NCBI GenBank assembly: GCA_025449695.1
Contig: JANWIW010000029.1
Location: 1-53,769 of the forward strand
Direction: 5' to 3'
Origin: Minisyncoccota bacterium
GTDB lineage: Bacteria > Patescibacteriota > Minisyncoccia > UBA6257 > 2-01-FULL-56-20
DNA: 53,769 nucleotides
Position 1 is the stretch's first letter. The number at the start of each line of letters is the position of its first letter. Below are positions 52,796 through 53,769 of the stretch, one piece after another. The notes beneath the pieces are model-generated. The model saw only the letters and a list, made by a program, of their open reading frames with translations, did not search any database and was not told where the DNA came from. Made by a program: the position numbers and the translations under genes.

Positions 52796-53769
52796 GGATG
52801 CTGCGCAGATTGTTCGGAAAGGACGGGGGGCATCATCCCGATTACTTCCTTTTGGCGACATTGTTCCTTCTCGTGGTGGCGGGCCTCGCCATTCTGACCA
52901 GCGCCTCGTCCGATCTCGGCAAGGTAAAGTTCAACGACAGCTATTACTATCTGAAGCACCAGCTCGTGTCCGGATTCCTCGTCGGAGGGCTGGGATTTCT
53001 CATTGCCGCGTACGTTCCGTACAAGTCCTATAAGAGCCTGGCTTTCCTTTTCCTGATCCTGAACCTCGTCCTTCTGGTGCTCGTGTTCACCCCTCTCGGC
53101 CACACGGCCGGGGGCGCGAGCCGCTGGATCGATGCCGGACCGGTGACTTTCCAGCCTGCCGAGCTCCTCAAGCTCTCCTTTATCCTCTACGTGGCCGCGT
53201 TCTTCTCCGATACCCGCCGGAACCGCGCCAAGAACATCCGTTCCGGCCTCCTGCCTTTCCTGCTCGTGGCGGGCACCATGACCGTGCTCCTCATCCTTCA
53301 GCCAGCGACATCCACGGTGATGATCTTGCTCGCTGCCGGCCTCGTGATCCTTTTTCTTTCCGGCGTTTCCTGGAAGCATCTCGGCATGATAATGGGCGGG
53401 GGAGTAGTCCTGCTCGGCCTGCTCATCGCTACCACTTCGTACCGCCTCCAGAGGATCGTGAGCTATTTTGACCATTCCTCGGACACGCAGGGCGCGAACT
53501 ACCAGGTGAACCAGAGCATGATCGCCCTCGGCTCCGGCGGAGTATTCGGGCTCGGGTATGGGCGCTCCACCGTCAAGGTGAGCCGGCTGCCCGCGGTGGT
53601 CGACGATTCCATCTTCGCGGTCGTGGGGCAGGAACTGGGCTTTGTGGGCACGGGCAGCCTAGTCGCCCTCTTTGCCATCCTCGTGGCGCGCCTCTTCTGG
53701 CTCGCGCGGGGCCGTCGGGCCCCGCAGCTCCGCAGAGCGGGCGGAGGGGAATGTGTGTACTGCGACGTG
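52792..53769 (+). CDS. ftsW: FtsW/RodA (SEDS) peptidoglycan glycosyltransferase, truncated by the window end
   Basis: GASRWI, FQPAELLK, YQVNQSMIALGSGGVFGLG, LPAVVDDSIFAVVGQELG. Confidence 0.9.
   Translation, partial: MRMLRRLFGKDGGHHPDYFLLATLFLLVVAGLAILTSASSDLGKVKFNDSYYYLKHQLVSGFLVGGLGFLIAAYVPYKSYKSLAFLFLILNLVLLVLVFTPLGHTAGGASRWIDAGPVTFQPAELLKLSFILYVAAFFSDTRRNRAKNIRSGLLPFLLVAGTMTVLLILQPATSTVMILLAAGLVILFLSGVSWKHLGMIMGGGVVLLGLLIATTSYRLQRIVSYFDHSSDTQGANYQVNQSMIALGSGGVFGLGYGRSTVKVSRLPAVVDDSIFAVVGQELGFVGTGSLVALFAILVARLFWLARGRRAPQLRRAGGGECVYCDV

Noticed and set aside
53710-53769. Apparent loss of FtsW similarity in the last ~60 bp
   Set aside because: At the sequence end, most likely a contig-end artefact; too short to interpret.

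Overview
Chromosomal fragment of a GC-rich Patescibacteria (CPR, Parcubacteria-like) genome read in code 11, since both TGA and TAG act as stops. The taxon is inferred from gene content, many leaderless genes and CPR-type hypothetical proteins. Housekeeping genes: ychF, recR, dnaB, cysS, corA, hrcA-grpE-dnaK-(membrane protein)-dnaJ with a CIRCE-like operator, tRNA-Lys(UUU), secD-secF and a partial ftsW. The most striking feature is at 1-1140: a tandem array of self-contained cassettes, each built as sigma70 promoter, leaderless amino-acid-sensing leader peptide (Val, Trp, Leu), attenuator, conserved boxA-like motif plus SD and micro-ORF, then terminator. No biosynthetic or synthetase gene lies downstream of any of them. 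A possible fifth, Phe/Tyr-rich unit precedes an operon encoding a ROK kinase and an isocyanide-synthase-like protein, and a second isocyanide synthase homologue follows. Other unusual items: (1) alternating rifampin-phosphotransferase-like dikinase and histidine-phosphatase genes; (2) an intact tRNA-Lys nested inside the anticodon loop of a second, doubly interrupted tRNA-Lys copy; (3) a 1535-aa protein ending in ART-like and Pol-beta/cGAS-like nucleotidyltransferase domains, downstream of a coupling-protein-like ATPase; (4) a GIY-YIG/REP cassette; (5) in-frame palindromic insertions in DnaK and RecR; (6) an in-frame amber codon in grpE. All family calls come from motif recognition by eye; no database search was run.
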